A DNA stretch of 64,000 nucleotides from Chitinophaga pinensis (GCA_945883545.1 CAMCXT010000011.1:2652-66651); one strand, 5' to 3'; positions 1-11,600 are shown, counted from the stretch's first letter. Numbers and translations: made by a program. Notes: generated by a model not told the origin, from the sequence alone.

Positions 1-196
<196 letters not shown>

Positions 197-215
197 TTAG
201 GGTTAAGTTGAGTGA

Positions 216-1334
216 TTATATTTTTACTGAATGATGGTCAGTCATGAGTTTCACAAAATCGTCGAATAGATAGCGGGAATCATGAGGTCCAGGTGCTGCT
301 TCTGGATGGTATTGAACAGAAAAGGCAGGCTTGTTTTTCAACTTAATGCCTGCGATTGTTTGATCGTTCAAGTGAATATGGGTGATCTCAACATTTGAAT
401 TTTTCTCGACATCTTCCGATTTAACTGCGAATCCATGGTTTTGAGAGGTGATTTCGCCTTTCCCAGTTTGAAGATTTTTGATCGGATGGTTAATTCCGCG
501 ATGCCCATTGAACATTTTGTAAGTCCCAATTCCTGATGCCTCGGCAAGTATTTGATGACCTAGACAAATTCCAAAAAGAGGTGTTTCTGACTCAAGAATT
601 TCTTTAACCGTTTCAATAGCATATCCAACAACTGCTGGATCACCTGGGCCATTTGAAATCATGTAACCATGAGGTTCGAATTGAGCCATTTCAGAGAATG
701 TTGTTTTTGCAGGGAAGACCTTTACTTTACAACCACGCTCTACCAAGCATTCTATAATGTTTTCCTTCACTCCAAGATCCAATAGAGCAACCCGAAACTC
801 AGCATCATCTGAACCCTTAACGTATGGTATTTGAGTGGATACAGTAGAAGATAATTCGAGACCTTCCATAGAAGGTACCTTGCTTAATTTTTCTCGAAGT
901 TCTTCAATATTCGTTGTCTCGGTCGATATGATTGCATTCATTGCACCTTTATCCCGGATGTGGCGAACAAGTTTCCTAGTATCAATATCAGAAACTGCTG
1001 GGATGTTTTGTTCTCTAAAGTAGTTGTACAAAGAACCATCAGCCAAGGTTCTTGAAAATATTTGTGAGAAGTCTCTGCAAACGAGACCTGAAATTTTGAT
1101 CGCTGAGGATTCAGTATCTTCCTGCTTTACTCCATAATTACCAATGTGCACATGGGTAGCAATTACAATTTGACCGAGATAAGAAGGGTCTGTAAATATT
1201 TCTTGATAGCCGGTCATACCAGTGTTAAAACAGATTTCCCCTGTGGCAGTGGCTGGAATTCCGCATGAGCGGCCGTGAAATACAGTGCCATCTTCGAGCA
1301 GAAGTATAGCAGGTTTTGATTCGGAGTAACGCAT
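216..1334 (-). CDS. carA: carbamoyl-phosphate synthase small (glutamine amidotransferase) subunit
   Basis: ORF 216..1358; product aligns to CarA from MRYSESKPAILLLEDGTVFHGR (start moved to Met9); GATase catalytic region GICLGHQ present. Confidence 0.85.
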   Translation of the reverse strand: MRYSESKPAILLLEDGTVFHGRSCGIPATATGEICFNTGMTGYQEIFTDPSYLGQIVIATHVHIGNYGVKQEDTESSAIKISGLVCRDFSQIFSRTLADGSLYNYFREQNIPAVSDIDTRKLVRHIRDKGAMNAIISTETTNIEELREKLSKVPSMEGLELSSTVSTQIPYVKGSDDAEFRVALLDLGVKENIIECLVERGCKVKVFPAKTTFSEMAQFEPHGYMISNGPGDPAVVGYAIETVKEILESETPLFGICLGHQILAEASGIGTYKMFNGHRGINHPIKNLQTGKGEITSQNHGFAVKSEDVEKNSNVEITHIHLNDQTIAGIKLKNKPAFSVQYHPEAAPGPHDSRYLFDDFVKLMTDHHSVKI

Positions 1335-1356
1335 ATTAAGATGTTGTGCGAAGATC

Positions 1357-1391
1357 AAAAAAAAAGGATAAAACGAATCGTTTTATCCTTT
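1357..1391 (-). terminator. rho-independent terminator downstream of rplQ
   Basis: Perfect 13-bp inverted repeat aaaggataaaacg/cgttttatccttt (1363-1391) with 3-nt loop, followed on the minus strand by a 9-T run (A-run 1357-1365 on plus). Confidence 0.6.
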
Positions 1392-1414
1392 CAAATTTTA
1401 TATCAATTAAAAAA

Positions 1415-1921
1415 TCATTCTGCTGCTTGTTCTTCAGAAGTTTCTGTTGCTTCAGTTGCAGATGATTCGGCAGCTGTAGTTGCTTTTTTAGAACCACCTC
1501 GACTACGGCGTGTAGTTTTCTTTTCAGCCCCTTTAGAAGCATTAGAATCAGCAAGTAATGTTTCATTGAAGTCAACAAGCTCGATCAAAGCCATTGCGGA
1601 GTTATCTCCCAAACGATTTGGTAACTTGATGATTCTGCAATATCCCCCTGGACGGTCTGATATTTTCACAGAAACCTCACGGAACAATTCAGAAACAGCG
1701 TTCTTATCTTTCAAGTAAGCGAATACTGTACGACGACTGTGAGTTGTATCTTCTTTTGATTTGGTAATCAAAGGCTCGACATAAGTGCGAAGTGCTTTTG
1801 CTTTCGCGAGGGTGGTATTGATTCGCTTGTGCAGAATAAGCGAGCTCGCCATATTTGCCATAAGGGCTTTACGGTGCGGAGCGGTTCTGCTCAGGTGATT
1901 TAATTTCTTTCCGTGTCTCAT
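1415..1921 (-). CDS. rplQ: 50S ribosomal protein L17 (with Ser/Thr/Ala/Glu-rich C-terminal tail)
   Basis: [45 protein letters not shown] matches L17; position after rpoA. Confidence 0.9.
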   Translation of the reverse strand: MRHGKKLNHLSRTAPHRKALMANMASSLILHKRINTTLAKAKALRTYVEPLITKSKEDTTHSRRTVFAYLKDKNAVSELFREVSVKISDRPGGYCRIIKLPNRLGDNSAMALIELVDFNETLLADSNASKGAEKKTTRRSRGGSKKATTAAESSATEATETSEEQAAE

Positions 1922-1958
1922 GATCGGGTATTATTTTATTCTAGCCTCCCGGCTATAA

Positions 1959-2951
1959 TTAGTCTTTATCCAGTTTGTATTTAGCGAGATTCATCCCAAA
2001 AGTAAGCTGCTTGGTTTGAACCAACTCTTCGAGTTCAGTAAGTGATTTCTTACCGAAGTTTCTGAATTTCAACAGATCATTTTTGTTGTAAGAAACAAGA
2101 TCTGCGATGGTATCAACATCTGCTGCTTTGAGGCAGTTCAATGCACGAACTGAAAGATCCATATCAACAAGACGTGTTTTCAGTAACTGACGCATGTGAA
2201 GGATATCTTCATCAAATTCTTCAGTAGTTACTTTTTCTTCAACATCTTCAGTAATCTTTTCATCAGAGAACAACATGAAATGCTGGATCAAAATTTTAGC
2301 AGCCTCTTTCAAAGCATCCTTAGGATGAATTGAACCGTCGCTTGTGATTTCGATGATTAGTTTTTCATAGTCGGTCTTCTGCTCAACACGGTAATTCTCA
2401 ACGGAATATTTTACGTTACGAATAGGAGTGTGAATAGAATCGATTGCGATAAGACCCATCTGTGGGTTAGAAGATTTATTCTCCTCTGCAGGAACATAAC
2501 CTCTTCCTTTATCGATGGTAATCTCCAATTTCAGGGTTACTGAAGGATCCATGTTACAAATCACGAAATCGTGGTTTAGCACTTGGAAACCAGAAGTGAA
2601 TTTACCGATATCACCAGCAGAGAACTGATTTTGTCCGCTAACAGTGATTAACACTTTTTCGTGTTCGGTAGAATCAATCTGACGCTTGAAACGAACTTGT
2701 TTCAAATTGAGGATGATCTCAGTTACGTCTTCAACAACTCCTTTAATAGTAGAGAATTCGTGCTCTACACTTTCGAATTTAACGGAAGTGATAGCAAAGC
2801 CTTCAAGAGATGAAAGCAGAATTCTGCGGAGTGCATTACCAACAGTAATTCCATACCCTGGTTCCAAAGGTCTGAACTCGAACTGACCATGTTGATCAGT
2901 AGAAGAGATCATTACTACTTTGTCGGGTTTTTGAAACGCCAGTATTGCCAT
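1959..2951 (-). CDS. rpoA: DNA-directed RNA polymerase alpha subunit
   Basis: 330 aa; N-terminal domain [28 protein letters not shown] and C-terminal [18 protein letters not shown] motifs. Confidence 0.93.
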   Translation of the reverse strand: MAILAFQKPDKVVMISSTDQHGQFEFRPLEPGYGITVGNALRRILLSSLEGFAITSVKFESVEHEFSTIKGVVEDVTEIILNLKQVRFKRQIDSTEHEKVLITVSGQNQFSAGDIGKFTSGFQVLNHDFVICNMDPSVTLKLEITIDKGRGYVPAEENKSSNPQMGLIAIDSIHTPIRNVKYSVENYRVEQKTDYEKLIIEITSDGSIHPKDALKEAAKILIQHFMLFSDEKITEDVEEKVTTEEFDEDILHMRQLLKTRLVDMDLSVRALNCLKAADVDTIADLVSYNKNDLLKFRNFGKKSLTELEELVQTKQLTFGMNLAKYKLDKD

Positions 2952-2989
2952 AGTTGTAGTTTTATTGTTTGTGGGTTGGAAAACCCGAA

Positions 2990-3595
2990 TTATTTAGAGT
3001 ACAATTCGACGATGAGCTGTTCGCGGATATTTTCCGGAATCTGCTCTCTTTCTGGCATATTAAGGAATGTACCAGATAGAGTACCATTGTTGAATTCCAA
3101 CCAAGAATATTTGTTGGTGTGGCCTGCAACCGATGTTGAAATTACTTCAAGTGATTTTGACTTTTCACGAACTGCAACAACATCGCCTGGTTTCAATGTG
3201 TATGAAGGTATATTTACAACACTTCCATTCACAGTAATGTGACAATGTGAAACAAGTTGGCGAGCGCCATCGCGGCTTGGAGAAATCCCCATGCGGTAAA
3301 CCACATTGTCTAAACGAGCTTCAATGAATTTCAAAAGGTTTTCACCAGTGATTCCTTTAGCACGTAAAGCACGATCGAAAATCCTAGCAAATTGTTTTTC
3401 TAGAATTCCGTATGTGTATTTTGCTTTTTGTTTCTCGAGAAGCTGAACTGCATATTCTGAAGTTTTAGCTCTCTTTTTTGATTGACCGTGCTGACCTGGA
3501 GGATAATTCTTCTTGATCAGAACTTTATCTGGACCGTAGATTGCCTCACGGAATTTACGGGCGATTTTAGACTTGGGGCCGGTATATCTAGCCAT
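2990..3595 (-). CDS. rpsD: 30S ribosomal protein S4
   Basis: [22 protein letters not shown]-terminus; 201 aa; conserved order before rpoA. Confidence 0.93.
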   Translation of the reverse strand: MARYTGPKSKIARKFREAIYGPDKVLIKKNYPPGQHGQSKKRAKTSEYAVQLLEKQKAKYTYGILEKQFARIFDRALRAKGITGENLLKFIEARLDNVVYRMGISPSRDGARQLVSHCHITVNGSVVNIPSYTLKPGDVVAVREKSKSLEVISTSVAGHTNKYSWLEFNNGTLSGTFLNMPEREQIPENIREQLIVELYSK

Positions 3596-3621
3596 TGCTC
3601 TTCTTGATTTAAATTGATTGA

Positions 3622-4011
3622 TTAAACACGGCGACGTTTAGGAGGACGGCAACCATTGTGTGGAACTGGAGTAACGTCTACAATTTCAGAAACTTCAATT
3701 CCTGAGTTGTGGATAGTACGGATCGCAGATTCACGTCCGCCCCCTGGTCCTTTAACAAACACTTTTACCTTACGAAGACCAAGATCATATGCTACTTTAG
3801 AGCAATCTGTCGCTGCCATTTGAGCAGCATAAGGTGTATTTTTCTTTGAGCCGCGGAATCCCATTTTACCCGCAGATGACCAACTGATCACCTGACCGGT
3901 AATATTGGTCAGAGACACAATGATGTTGTTGAATGTGGCGTTGATGTGGGCATGACCAACGGATTCCACCTTTACAACACGCTTTTTGGTTGTTTTGGTT
4001 GTTTTCGCCAT
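3622..4011 (-). CDS. rpsK: 30S ribosomal protein S11
   Basis: 129 aa, [14 protein letters not shown]-type core, C-terminal [13 protein letters not shown]. Confidence 0.93.
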   Translation of the reverse strand: MAKTTKTTKKRVVKVESVGHAHINATFNNIIVSLTNITGQVISWSSAGKMGFRGSKKNTPYAAQMAATDCSKVAYDLGLRKVKVFVKGPGGGRESAIRTIHNSGIEVSEIVDVTPVPHNGCRPPKRRRV

Positions 4012-4048
4012 TTCTGTTTAAATCAGATCGTTTTGTATCAGGTGAAGA

Positions 4049-4426
4049 TTACTTAGTTACCTTTTTCTTGTTGGCAACAGTTTTCTTCTTACCCTTTCTG
4101 GTCCGGGCATTGTTCTTCGTAGTTTGTCCACGCACCGGAAGACCTACCCGGTGACGGATTCCACGATATGAACCAATGTCCATCAGTCGTTTAATGTTGA
4201 GTTGAACCTCAGAACGAAGTGCACCTTCAACCTTAATTTTTTCGTTAATGATTTCGCGGATCTTTCCAAGATCGCTGTCATCCCATTGTGAAACCTTCTT
4301 GTTAAAGTCGATTCCAGCTTCTGTTAGAATGCTTTGTGCAGTTGCGCGACCAATACCATAAATGTAGGTAAGACCGATTTCTCCGCGCTTATTTTTTGGA
4401 AGATCAATTCCTGATATACGAGCCAT
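4049..4426 (-). CDS. rpsM: 30S ribosomal protein S13
   Basis: [31 protein letters not shown]-terminus. Confidence 0.93.
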   Translation of the reverse strand: MARISGIDLPKNKRGEIGLTYIYGIGRATAQSILTEAGIDFNKKVSQWDDSDLGKIREIINEKIKVEGALRSEVQLNIKRLMDIGSYRGIRHRVGLPVRGQTTKNNARTRKGKKKTVANKKKVTK

Positions 4427-4446
4427 TTGCTTCTTTTATTTGAGGC

Positions 4447-4563
4447 TTAACCTTGACGTTGTTTGAATTTTGGGTTCTTCTTGTTGATAACATAGAGTCT
4501 CCCTTTGCGGCGTACAATCTTGCACTCCGCACTCCTTTTTTTGATGGAGGCTTTTACTTTCAT
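4447..4563 (-). CDS. rpmJ: 50S ribosomal protein L36
   Basis: Not in ORF track (38 aa). Reverse-complement translation [38 protein letters not shown]; sits between infA and rpsM as in the spc/alpha cluster. Confidence 0.8.
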   Translation of the reverse strand: MKVKASIKKRSAECKIVRRKGRLYVINKKNPKFKQRQG

Positions 4564-4572
4564 TGTTCCGGT

Positions 4573-4791
4573 TTATTTATAGCGGTAAGTGATTCGCCCT
4601 TTTGATAGGTCGTATGGAGACATCTCCACTTTCACCCGGTCGCCTGGTAAGATCTTTATATAATTCATTCTCATCTTACCCGAAATGTGAGCAATGATGA
4701 TGTGCTCGTTCTCAAGCTCAACACGAAACATTGCGTTCGACAATGCTTCGATAATTGTTCCGTCTTGTTCTATGGACGATTGCTTGGACAC
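4573..4791 (-). CDS. infA: translation initiation factor IF-1
   Basis: 72 aa, S1-like fold sequence [31 protein letters not shown]. Confidence 0.93.
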   Translation of the reverse strand: MSKQSSIEQDGTIIEALSNAMFRVELENEHIIIAHISGKMRMNYIKILPGDRVKVEMSPYDLSKGRITYRYK

Positions 4792-4813
4792 GTAGTTGAA
4801 TTATTTTTAGTGA

Positions 4814-5608
4814 TTAAACAAATTTTAGTTTCTGTTCTTCCAATGCCTTTTCGATAAACTCAAAGGAGGAAAGAATGTCAGCTTTTCCTTTACCTATCGC
4901 AATTGTATGCTCAAAATGTGCAGAAGGCATACCATCAGAAGTTTTGATGGTCCAACCATCTTTACCATGAATGATATTTTTTCTACCCATATTAATCATG
5001 GGTTCAATCGCGATAACCAGTCCTTCTTTCAACTTTGGTCCTGATCCTCTTTTCCCAAAATTGGGAACTTCAGGTGCTTCGTGAAGATTTTTTCCAATCC
5101 CATGACCAACCAATTCTCTAACTACAGAGTATCCATTGAGTTCACAGTATGATTGAATTTCGTAGCTGATATCTTGTAATCTTTTTCCTTCAACAGCAAC
5201 TGAAATACCTCGATAGAGACTTTCTTTAGTTGTTTCAAGAAGCTTTTTTACAGCATCACTTACTTCTCCGATTGCAAAGGTATAAGCTGAATCACCATAG
5301 TAACCATCTTTCAACACTCCACAATCCACTGAAATAATATCACCGTTTTCGTAAGGACGATTGTTCGGAATTCCATGCACAACCTGTTCATTTGGTGAAA
5401 TGCACAGAGAGTTTGGAAAACCATTGTATCCTTTGAAAGCTGGAACTCCTCCGTTATCACGGATAAATTCCTCAGCAATCTTATCCAGTTCAAGACTGGT
5501 AACACCCGGACGAATCGTTTTTGCAACTTCCGCCAGGGCGCGGGCAACAAGTAAAGAACTAACTCTTATCTTTTCAATTTCTTCGGATGTCTTGTAATAG
5601 ATCATCAA
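4814..5608 (-). CDS. map: type I methionine aminopeptidase
   Basis: 264 aa; KTSEEIEKIRVSSLLVA start region and metal-binding D/H/E residues of the pita-bread fold; start could be Met2. Confidence 0.9.
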   Translation of the reverse strand: MMIYYKTSEEIEKIRVSSLLVARALAEVAKTIRPGVTSLELDKIAEEFIRDNGGVPAFKGYNGFPNSLCISPNEQVVHGIPNNRPYENGDIISVDCGVLKDGYYGDSAYTFAIGEVSDAVKKLLETTKESLYRGISVAVEGKRLQDISYEIQSYCELNGYSVVRELVGHGIGKNLHEAPEVPNFGKRGSGPKLKEGLVIAIEPMINMGRKNIIHGKDGWTIKTSDGMPSAHFEHTIAIGKGKADILSSFEFIEKALEEQKLKFV

Positions 5609-5617
5609 AAAAACAGA

Positions 5618-6970
5618 TTAACTAGGCATTGTAACTGCAGCAGCCGTAACACGACCTTTGATTTTGCCACTTTTCATTAATCCATCATACTGACGCATCA
5701 ATAAGTGACTTTCAATTTGCTGCAGGGTGTCAAGAACTACTCCCACCAAAATTAGTAGAGACGTTCCACCATAGAACTGAGCGAATTTGTTTGTAACACC
5801 AAACATCATCGCAAGTGATGGCATTATCGCAACGAAAGCAAGGAAAAATGCTCCCGGAAGCGTTATTTTCGACATGATAGAATCGATGAATTCAGCAGTT
5901 GCTTCACCTGGCTTAACACCTGGTACAAAACCGCCGCTGCGCTTCATTTCCTCTGCCATATTCTTTGGATTTACAGCAATTGCAGTGTAGAAGTAAGTGA
6001 ATACTATGATCAATACTGCAAAAGTGAAATTGTACCAAAAACTGGTTGGGTTACTGAAAGTTGCCATAAAACCTTGGAGACTATCAAGGTTAGCAAAACC
6101 AGCAATTGTAATAGGAATAAACATGATTGCCTGAGCAAAGATGATCGGCATTACACCAGCAGTATTAACACGCAATGGAATGTATTGACGAACACCTCCA
6201 ACAGGGGTGTTGTTACCTTGAATTCGTTTAGCAACTTGAACAGGAATTCTTCTCACACCTTGAACAAGCATGATAGAAAGAATAACGACCAGTAACAAAC
6301 CAATAAGCTCGATAAGGAACATTACAGTTCCACCACCTGCTTGAGCGATACGAGAACCAAATTCACCGAGGAGAGCACCTGGCAATTCAGCAATAATACC
6401 CACCATAATGATCAACGAAATACCATTACCGATACCACGATCCGTAATTCTTTCGCCCAACCACATGATAAACATTGTACCAGCTACAAGAATAATTGTA
6501 GAAGAAATCCAGAAGAATGAACTTGAATCAGTAATGGCTTGAGTTCCAATTTGATTATTTAGATTAGCTAAGTAACTAGGAGCTTGAAGCGCACAAATTG
6601 CTACTGTTAAGTAACGGGTAATTTGATTCATTTTCTTCCGTCCGCTTTCTCCTTCTTTTTGCATTTTTTGGAAGTAAGGAACGGCAATAGTTAAAAGTTG
6701 CACAACGATAGATGCCGAAATGTAAGGCATGATACCAAGTGCAAAAATGGAGGCATTAGAGAATGCTCCACCAGAAAACATATTCAATAGACCCAGAATA
6801 CCATCTGAAGTTTGCTGCTTGAGCGCATCCAAAGATTCTGGATTTACGCCTGGTAGAACCACGAATGAACCAAGTCGGTATACAAGTAAGAAGAGTAGAG
6901 TGTTCCCTAATTTAGAACGCAGTTCTTCAATCTTGTAAATATTCTTGATGGTATTTATAAGTCTTTTCAT
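5618..6970 (-). CDS. secY: preprotein translocase subunit SecY
   Basis: 450 aa, 10 hydrophobic segments, position between rplO and map. Confidence 0.93.
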   Translation of the reverse strand: MKRLINTIKNIYKIEELRSKLGNTLLFLLVYRLGSFVVLPGVNPESLDALKQQTSDGILGLLNMFSGGAFSNASIFALGIMPYISASIVVQLLTIAVPYFQKMQKEGESGRKKMNQITRYLTVAICALQAPSYLANLNNQIGTQAITDSSSFFWISSTIILVAGTMFIMWLGERITDRGIGNGISLIIMVGIIAELPGALLGEFGSRIAQAGGGTVMFLIELIGLLLVVILSIMLVQGVRRIPVQVAKRIQGNNTPVGGVRQYIPLRVNTAGVMPIIFAQAIMFIPITIAGFANLDSLQGFMATFSNPTSFWYNFTFAVLIIVFTYFYTAIAVNPKNMAEEMKRSGGFVPGVKPGEATAEFIDSIMSKITLPGAFFLAFVAIMPSLAMMFGVTNKFAQFYGGTSLLILVGVVLDTLQQIESHLLMRQYDGLMKSGKIKGRVTAAAVTMPS

Positions 6971-7419
6971 TAGGCAAGAGTTGTAGCTGTTCCTCCTTTT
7001 GATTCAATGGCTGCCTTAGCGGTAGCTGTGAATGCATGAGCTGTTACATCAAGTTTAGCGGATACTTCTCCACGACCAAGGATTTTGATCAAATCATTCT
7101 TACCGGCCAAACCATTTTCCTTCAAAGTATCGAAGGTGATTGTTCCACCATTGATTTTTTCAGAAAGTGATTGAAGCGTATCTAAGTTAATACCTCTGTA
7201 CTCAACACGGTTGATATTTTTAAAACCGAATTTAGGTAGACGGCGCTGAAGTGGCATTTGCCCACCTTCAAAACCAGCTTTGGATGAATAACCAGAGCGT
7301 GATTTAGCACCTTTGTGTCCACGTGTGGAAGTACCACCACGACCTGAACCTTGGCCACGACCAATTCTCTTCGAAGATTTCGTGGAGCCTGCTGCTGGTT
7401 TAAGATTACTAAGATTCAT
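6970..7419 (-). CDS. rplO: 50S ribosomal protein L15
   Basis: 149 aa, Gly/Arg-rich N-terminal third (GRGQGSGRGGTSTRGHKG). Confidence 0.9.
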   Translation of the reverse strand: MNLSNLKPAAGSTKSSKRIGRGQGSGRGGTSTRGHKGAKSRSGYSSKAGFEGGQMPLQRRLPKFGFKNINRVEYRGINLDTLQSLSEKINGGTITFDTLKENGLAGKNDLIKILGRGEVSAKLDVTAHAFTATAKAAIESKGGTATTLA

Positions 7420-7438
7420 GATATTTTGTCTGTTAAGA

Positions 7439-7618
7439 TCAGAGTTCTGTTACTATTACTAGGTGTTTCACCTTATCTACCATTCCAAGAATTTGAGCGG
7501 TAGCTTCATGTTCAACTGGAACATTCATTTTGGTGATACCAAGTGCACGGAGTGTGCGTTTTTGATTTTCAGGACGGTCAATGCCGCTTTTAATCTGTTG
7601 GATGCGAATCTTTGCCAT
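7439..7618 (-). CDS. rpmD: 50S ribosomal protein L30
   Basis: Not in ORF track (59 aa). Translation MAKIRIQQIKSGIDRPENQKRTLRALGITKMNVPVEHEATAQILGMVDKVKHLVIVTEL; between rpsE and rplO. Confidence 0.8.
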   Translation of the reverse strand: MAKIRIQQIKSGIDRPENQKRTLRALGITKMNVPVEHEATAQILGMVDKVKHLVIVTEL

Positions 7619-7629
7619 GGTTACCTGAA

Positions 7630-8148
7630 TTAGCCGTTGAAAACTTTTTCCATTGAAATGCCGCGTTGTTGCGCAACAGTTGCTGGATCACGCATTTGGC
7701 TTAAAGCGTCGATAGTTGCTTTCACCACGTTGTGTGGATTAGAAGATCCTTTTGACTTAGCAAGTACATCGGTAATACCAACACTTTCTAATACAGAACG
7801 CATCGCACCACCTGCAATTACACCTGTACCGTGTGCTGCTGGTTTCAAGAACACAAGTGCTCCACCAAATTTACCAAGTTGTTCGTGCGGCACAGTACCG
7901 TTGATTACAGGAACTTTGATTAGTGTTTTTTTAGCATCATCGACACCTTTGCTGATTGCATCGGTAACTTCTTTTGCTTTTCCAAGACCATGTCCTACGA
8001 TCCCTTTTTCATTACCTACAACAACAATAGCAGAGAATGAAAAGGTACGACCACCTTTTGTTACTTTGGTAACACGGTTAACGGCTACCAGTTTGTCTTT
8101 TAGTTCAATATCGCTTGAACGTACTCTTTTGATATTTGCGTTCGCCAT
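7630..8148 (-). CDS. rpsE: 30S ribosomal protein S5
   Basis: 172 aa; [21 protein letters not shown] motif. Confidence 0.93.
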   Translation of the reverse strand: MANANIKRVRSSDIELKDKLVAVNRVTKVTKGGRTFSFSAIVVVGNEKGIVGHGLGKAKEVTDAISKGVDDAKKTLIKVPVINGTVPHEQLGKFGGALVFLKPAAHGTGVIAGGAMRSVLESVGITDVLAKSKGSSNPHNVVKATIDALSQMRDPATVAQQRGISMEKVFNG

Positions 8149-8155
8149 GATCTAT

Positions 8156-8512
8156 TTAGAATTTTAATCCACCTTCACGAGCACCTTCGGCAAGTGATTT
8201 AACGCGGCCATGATATAGGTAACCTCCACGATCGAAACGAACAGCTTCAATTCCAGCTTCTTTTGCTTTCGCAGCGATAGACTTACCTACCAATGAAGCT
8301 TTTTCAATTTTGGTTACTTTTTGTTTTGCGATGTCAGCTTCTGCAGATGATGCAGCAGCAAGTGTGTGCCCATTAAGATCGTCGATCAATTGAACGTAGA
8401 TCTCGCTGTTGCTACGGAAAACACTCATGCGCGGGGCACTTGCATTTCCTGATACCACTTTGCGGATTCTTTTTTTAATCCGACTTCTTCTGTATTCTTT
8501 GGTGATAGCCAT
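8156..8512 (-). CDS. rplR: 50S ribosomal protein L18
   Basis: 118 aa; [18 protein letters not shown]. Confidence 0.92.
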   Translation of the reverse strand: MAITKEYRRSRIKKRIRKVVSGNASAPRMSVFRSNSEIYVQLIDDLNGHTLAAASSAEADIAKQKVTKIEKASLVGKSIAAKAKEAGIEAVRFDRGGYLYHGRVKSLAEGAREGGLKF

Positions 8513-8527
8513 GATCCTGATATCAGA

Positions 8528-9085
8528 TTATTTCTTACCTGCAGACTTACCAGCTTTGCGGCGAAGTACTTCGTTAACAAACTTGATACCTTTTCCTTTG
8601 TAAGGTTCAGGCTTGCGGAGTGAACGAATTTTCGCTGCAACCATTCCTAGTAGTTGCTTGTCGATAGATTTCATGATGATGATTGGGTTTTTACCCCTCT
8701 CAGTTTTTGTTTCTACTTTAATCTCTGAAGGGATGTCAAACATAATATTGTGAGAATATCCTAGAGAAAGTTCAAGCATTTGCCCGGTGTTGGAAGCACG
8801 GTAACCTACACCTACTAATTCTTGTTCAGTAGTGAAGCCTACAGAAACACCGTTCACCATGTTATTGATGAGTGCACGGTATAACCCATGCTTAGCACGG
8901 TGATCCTTCGCATCACTACTTCTAGATACGCTTAGAATTCCTTCTTCAATTTTAACTTCGATCGCCGGGTCAACTGGCTGATGCAGTTCTCCGAGAGGGC
9001 CTTTTACCGTAACAATGTTTTCTGCGTTTACTGAAACGCTAACACCATTAGGCAGACTTACCGGCAGTTTTCCAATCCGTGACAT
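8528..9085 (-). CDS. rplF: 50S ribosomal protein L6
   Basis: 185 aa; MSRIGKLPVSLPNGVSVSV. Confidence 0.92.
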   Translation of the reverse strand: MSRIGKLPVSLPNGVSVSVNAENIVTVKGPLGELHQPVDPAIEVKIEEGILSVSRSSDAKDHRAKHGLYRALINNMVNGVSVGFTTEQELVGVGYRASNTGQMLELSLGYSHNIMFDIPSEIKVETKTERGKNPIIIMKSIDKQLLGMVAAKIRSLRKPEPYKGKGIKFVNEVLRRKAGKSAGKK

Positions 9086-9109
9086 TTCTTTTCTTTGTGC
9101 TGATTGTGA

Positions 9110-9514
9110 TTAGTAGATGTAGCAGAGAACTTCTCCACCAACATTTTCATTTCTCGCCTCTTTGTCGGTCATCAAACCTTTAGAAGTAGAAATGATTGCA
9201 ATTCCGAGTCCGTTGATTACTCGTGGAAGTTTCTCAACATGAACATAACTTCGAAGACCTGGCTTAGAAACACGCGTTAACGTGCGAATCGCAGGAATTT
9301 TTGTTACTGGATGATACTTCAACGCGATTTTGATCGTACCCTGAGGATTTCCTTCAGATGGCTCTTCGAATTTGTAACTAAGAATATACCCTTTTTCGAA
9401 AAGAATTTTGGTCATATTCTGCTTCAATTTTGAAGAAGAAATTTCAACCACGCGGTGATTTGCGTGAATGGCGTTCCGGAGCCTGGTAAGGTAGTCTGCT
9501 ATCGGATCAGTCAT
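9110..9514 (-). CDS. rpsH: 30S ribosomal protein S8
   Basis: 134 aa; MTDPIADYLTRLRNA. Confidence 0.92.
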   Translation of the reverse strand: MTDPIADYLTRLRNAIHANHRVVEISSSKLKQNMTKILFEKGYILSYKFEEPSEGNPQGTIKIALKYHPVTKIPAIRTLTRVSKPGLRSYVHVEKLPRVINGLGIAIISTSKGLMTDKEARNENVGGEVLCYIY

Positions 9515-9550
9515 TGTTTTATATTATTTCTTTGAGTTAATTGTTAAGGA

Positions 9551-9820
9551 TTACCAACTTGATTTGGTGATTCCTGGGATTTTACCATCAAGAGCCATTT
9601 CGCGGAATGTAATCCTTGAAAGTCCAAATTGACGGATGTAACCTCGTGGACGACCGGTGAGTTGACAACGGTTACGGAGGCGAATTTTACTCGAATTGCG
9701 AGGAAGTTTTTGAAGTCCTACAGAATCACCTGCAGCTTTCAAAGCCTCTCTTTTCGAAGCGTATCTGGCAACCAATTTAGCCCTCTTAACTTCTCGGGCC
9801 TTCATGCTTTCTTTAGCCAT
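9551..9820 (-). CDS. rpsN: 30S ribosomal protein S14
   Basis: 89 aa; C-terminal [21 protein letters not shown]. Confidence 0.92.
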   Translation of the reverse strand: MAKESMKAREVKRAKLVARYASKREALKAAGDSVGLQKLPRNSSKIRLRNRCQLTGRPRGYIRQFGLSRITFREMALDGKIPGITKSSW

Positions 9821-9829
9821 CGGATCGTT

Positions 9830-10390
9830 TTACTTTTTTAAATTTTTAAATGGTAGACCGAATTCCTTCAGAAGAGCAAATGCTTCTTTGTCAGTTGGAG
9901 CGTTGGTCACAAAAGTGATATCCATACCCATGATTTTCGAAACTTTATCGATGTTAATCTCAGGGAAGATAATTTGTTCAGTAACACCAAGGGTGTAGTT
10001 TCCATAACCATCAAATCCTTTGTCGTTGATTCCACGGAAATCACGGATACGAGGAAGAGCAACTACGATAAGACGTTCTAAGAATTCGTACATTTTATCA
10101 CCACGAAGTGTTACACGAACTCCAATTGGAACGCCTTTACGGAGTTTGAAGTTGGAAATATCTTTCTTAGATTTAGTAGCAACCGCTTTTTGACCAGTAA
10201 TTGTAGTCATTTCCACAATAGCAGACTCAATCATTTTCTTATCAGATACTGCAGCACCAATTCCTTGGTTAATACAGATCTTTTTCAGTACCGGCACTTG
10301 CATTGGGCTCTTGTATTGGAACTCCTTTAGCAAGGCGCTTTTGATTTCGTTGCGGTACTTGTTTTTGAGGTTGGGTGTATAGCTCATCAC
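9830..10390 (-). CDS. rplE: 50S ribosomal protein L5
   Basis: 186 aa; [19 protein letters not shown]. Confidence 0.92.
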   Translation of the reverse strand: MMSYTPNLKNKYRNEIKSALLKEFQYKSPMQVPVLKKICINQGIGAAVSDKKMIESAIVEMTTITGQKAVATKSKKDISNFKLRKGVPIGVRVTLRGDKMYEFLERLIVVALPRIRDFRGINDKGFDGYGNYTLGVTEQIIFPEINIDKVSKIMGMDITFVTNAPTDKEAFALLKEFGLPFKNLKK

Positions 10391-10707
10391 TTACTTGCCT
10401 CCGCTTTTTTGGTTTTGAAAAAACGAACCATTTTACCTGATCCGTCAGCTTTACGTCCTGTACGAGCCGCTTTACCGGTAGAAGGATCAATTACCATTAA
10501 GTTGGAAATATGAATAGATCCTTCTTTTTTAATGATACCACCTTGCGGATTTTCTGAAGTTGGCTTGTTGTGACGTGATGTAAGATTTACACCAGTAACT
10601 ATGGCACGTTGCTTTTGAACGTTTACTTCTTGTATTTCGCCCGACTCACCTTTGTGATTTCCAGCGATTACTAGGACTTTATCTCCTTTTTTGATATGCA
10701 GTTTCAT
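10387..10707 (-). CDS. rplX: 50S ribosomal protein L24
   Basis: 106 aa; [23 protein letters not shown] motif. Confidence 0.92.
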   Translation of the reverse strand: MKLHIKKGDKVLVIAGNHKGESGEIQEVNVQKQRAIVTGVNLTSRHNKPTSENPQGGIIKKEGSIHISNLMVIDPSTGKAARTGRKADGSGKMVRFFKTKKAEASK

Positions 10708-10721
10708 GATGGAAAGCTGAT

Positions 10722-11090
10722 TTAAAGCACCTCTGGAGCCAGTGAAACAATTTTCATATACTGCTTTTCACGCAGTTCACGAGCAACAGGTCCGAAAATA
10801 CGGGTGCCGCGTAATTCGTCGTTGTTGTTGAGCAATACAACGGCATTGTCATCAAAACGAATGTATGAACCATCCGGGCGACGAATTTCTTTTTTAGTGC
10901 GTACTACTACCGCTTTGGTAACAGAACCTTTTTTTGAGTTACCACTTGGCAATGCATGCTTAATTGTAACTACAATTTTATCACCGACAGATGCGTAACG
11001 CTTCTTGGTACCGCCTAATACGCGGATACAAAGAACTTCCTTTGCACCTGAATTATCTGCGACTGTCAGCCTGGATTCCTGCTGTATCAT
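10722..11090 (-). CDS. rplN: 50S ribosomal protein L14
   Basis: 122 aa; [17 protein letters not shown]. Confidence 0.93.
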   Translation of the reverse strand: MIQQESRLTVADNSGAKEVLCIRVLGGTKKRYASVGDKIVVTIKHALPSGNSKKGSVTKAVVVRTKKEIRRPDGSYIRFDDNAVVLLNNNDELRGTRIFGPVARELREKQYMKIVSLAPEVL

Positions 11091-11118
11091 GACTCAATTC
11101 TATTATTCGGGTAGTGAA

Positions 11119-11388
11119 TTACTTGGCTTTTTCAATGATTTCAACTAGTCTCCAGCGCTTATTCTTGCTCATTGGACGAGTCTCCATGATTTTCACGGTA
11201 TCACCAGCTCCACACTCATTTTTATCATCATGAGCCATAAAAGTGGTGGTCTTTTTTACGAATTTACCGTATTTAGGGTGCTTTACTTTACGTTCAACAG
11301 CTACTACAATGGTTTTATCCATTTTAGTGCTTCGAACAAGACCCACACGCTCTTTGCGTAAATTTCTATCAATTGCTTCTGCTTCCAT
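11119..11388 (-). CDS. rpsQ: 30S ribosomal protein S17
   Basis: 89 aa; [33 protein letters not shown]. Confidence 0.9.
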   Translation of the reverse strand: MEAEAIDRNLRKERVGLVRSTKMDKTIVVAVERKVKHPKYGKFVKKTTTFMAHDDKNECGAGDTVKIMETRPMSKNKRWRLVEIIEKAK

Positions 11389-11396
11389 CGTGAAGT

Positions 11397-11600
11397 TTAT
11401 TGTGCTGTTTCCTGAATTTCACGCATACGAATTTCCGTATTGATACGGGCAATCGCACGCCTGTTATGACGGATACCGATCGGACTTTCTGATGCAGACA
11501 CGCCATGGTTAAATACCAATCGTGATTGCAACTGTGTCATTTCTTTTACTTTGTCTTTCAACTCGGCGAGAGAAAGATCTTTGATCTCTTCCTGTTTCAT
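11397..11600 (-). CDS. rpmC: 50S ribosomal protein L29
   Basis: 67 aa; [21 protein letters not shown]. Confidence 0.9.
   Translation of the reverse strand: MKQEEIKDLSLAELKDKVKEMTQLQSRLVFNHGVSASESPIGIRHNRRAIARINTEIRMREIQETAQ

Noticed and set aside
7637-8167. 176-aa plus-strand ORF (and many similar: 11669..12034, 13213..13512, 16854..17186, 17586..17867 etc.) antisense to ribosomal protein / fusA genes
   Set aside because: They lie fully inside highly conserved minus-strand genes. Their products are low-complexity with no recognisable motif. They are expected by chance in long ORF-dense GC-moderate sequence.
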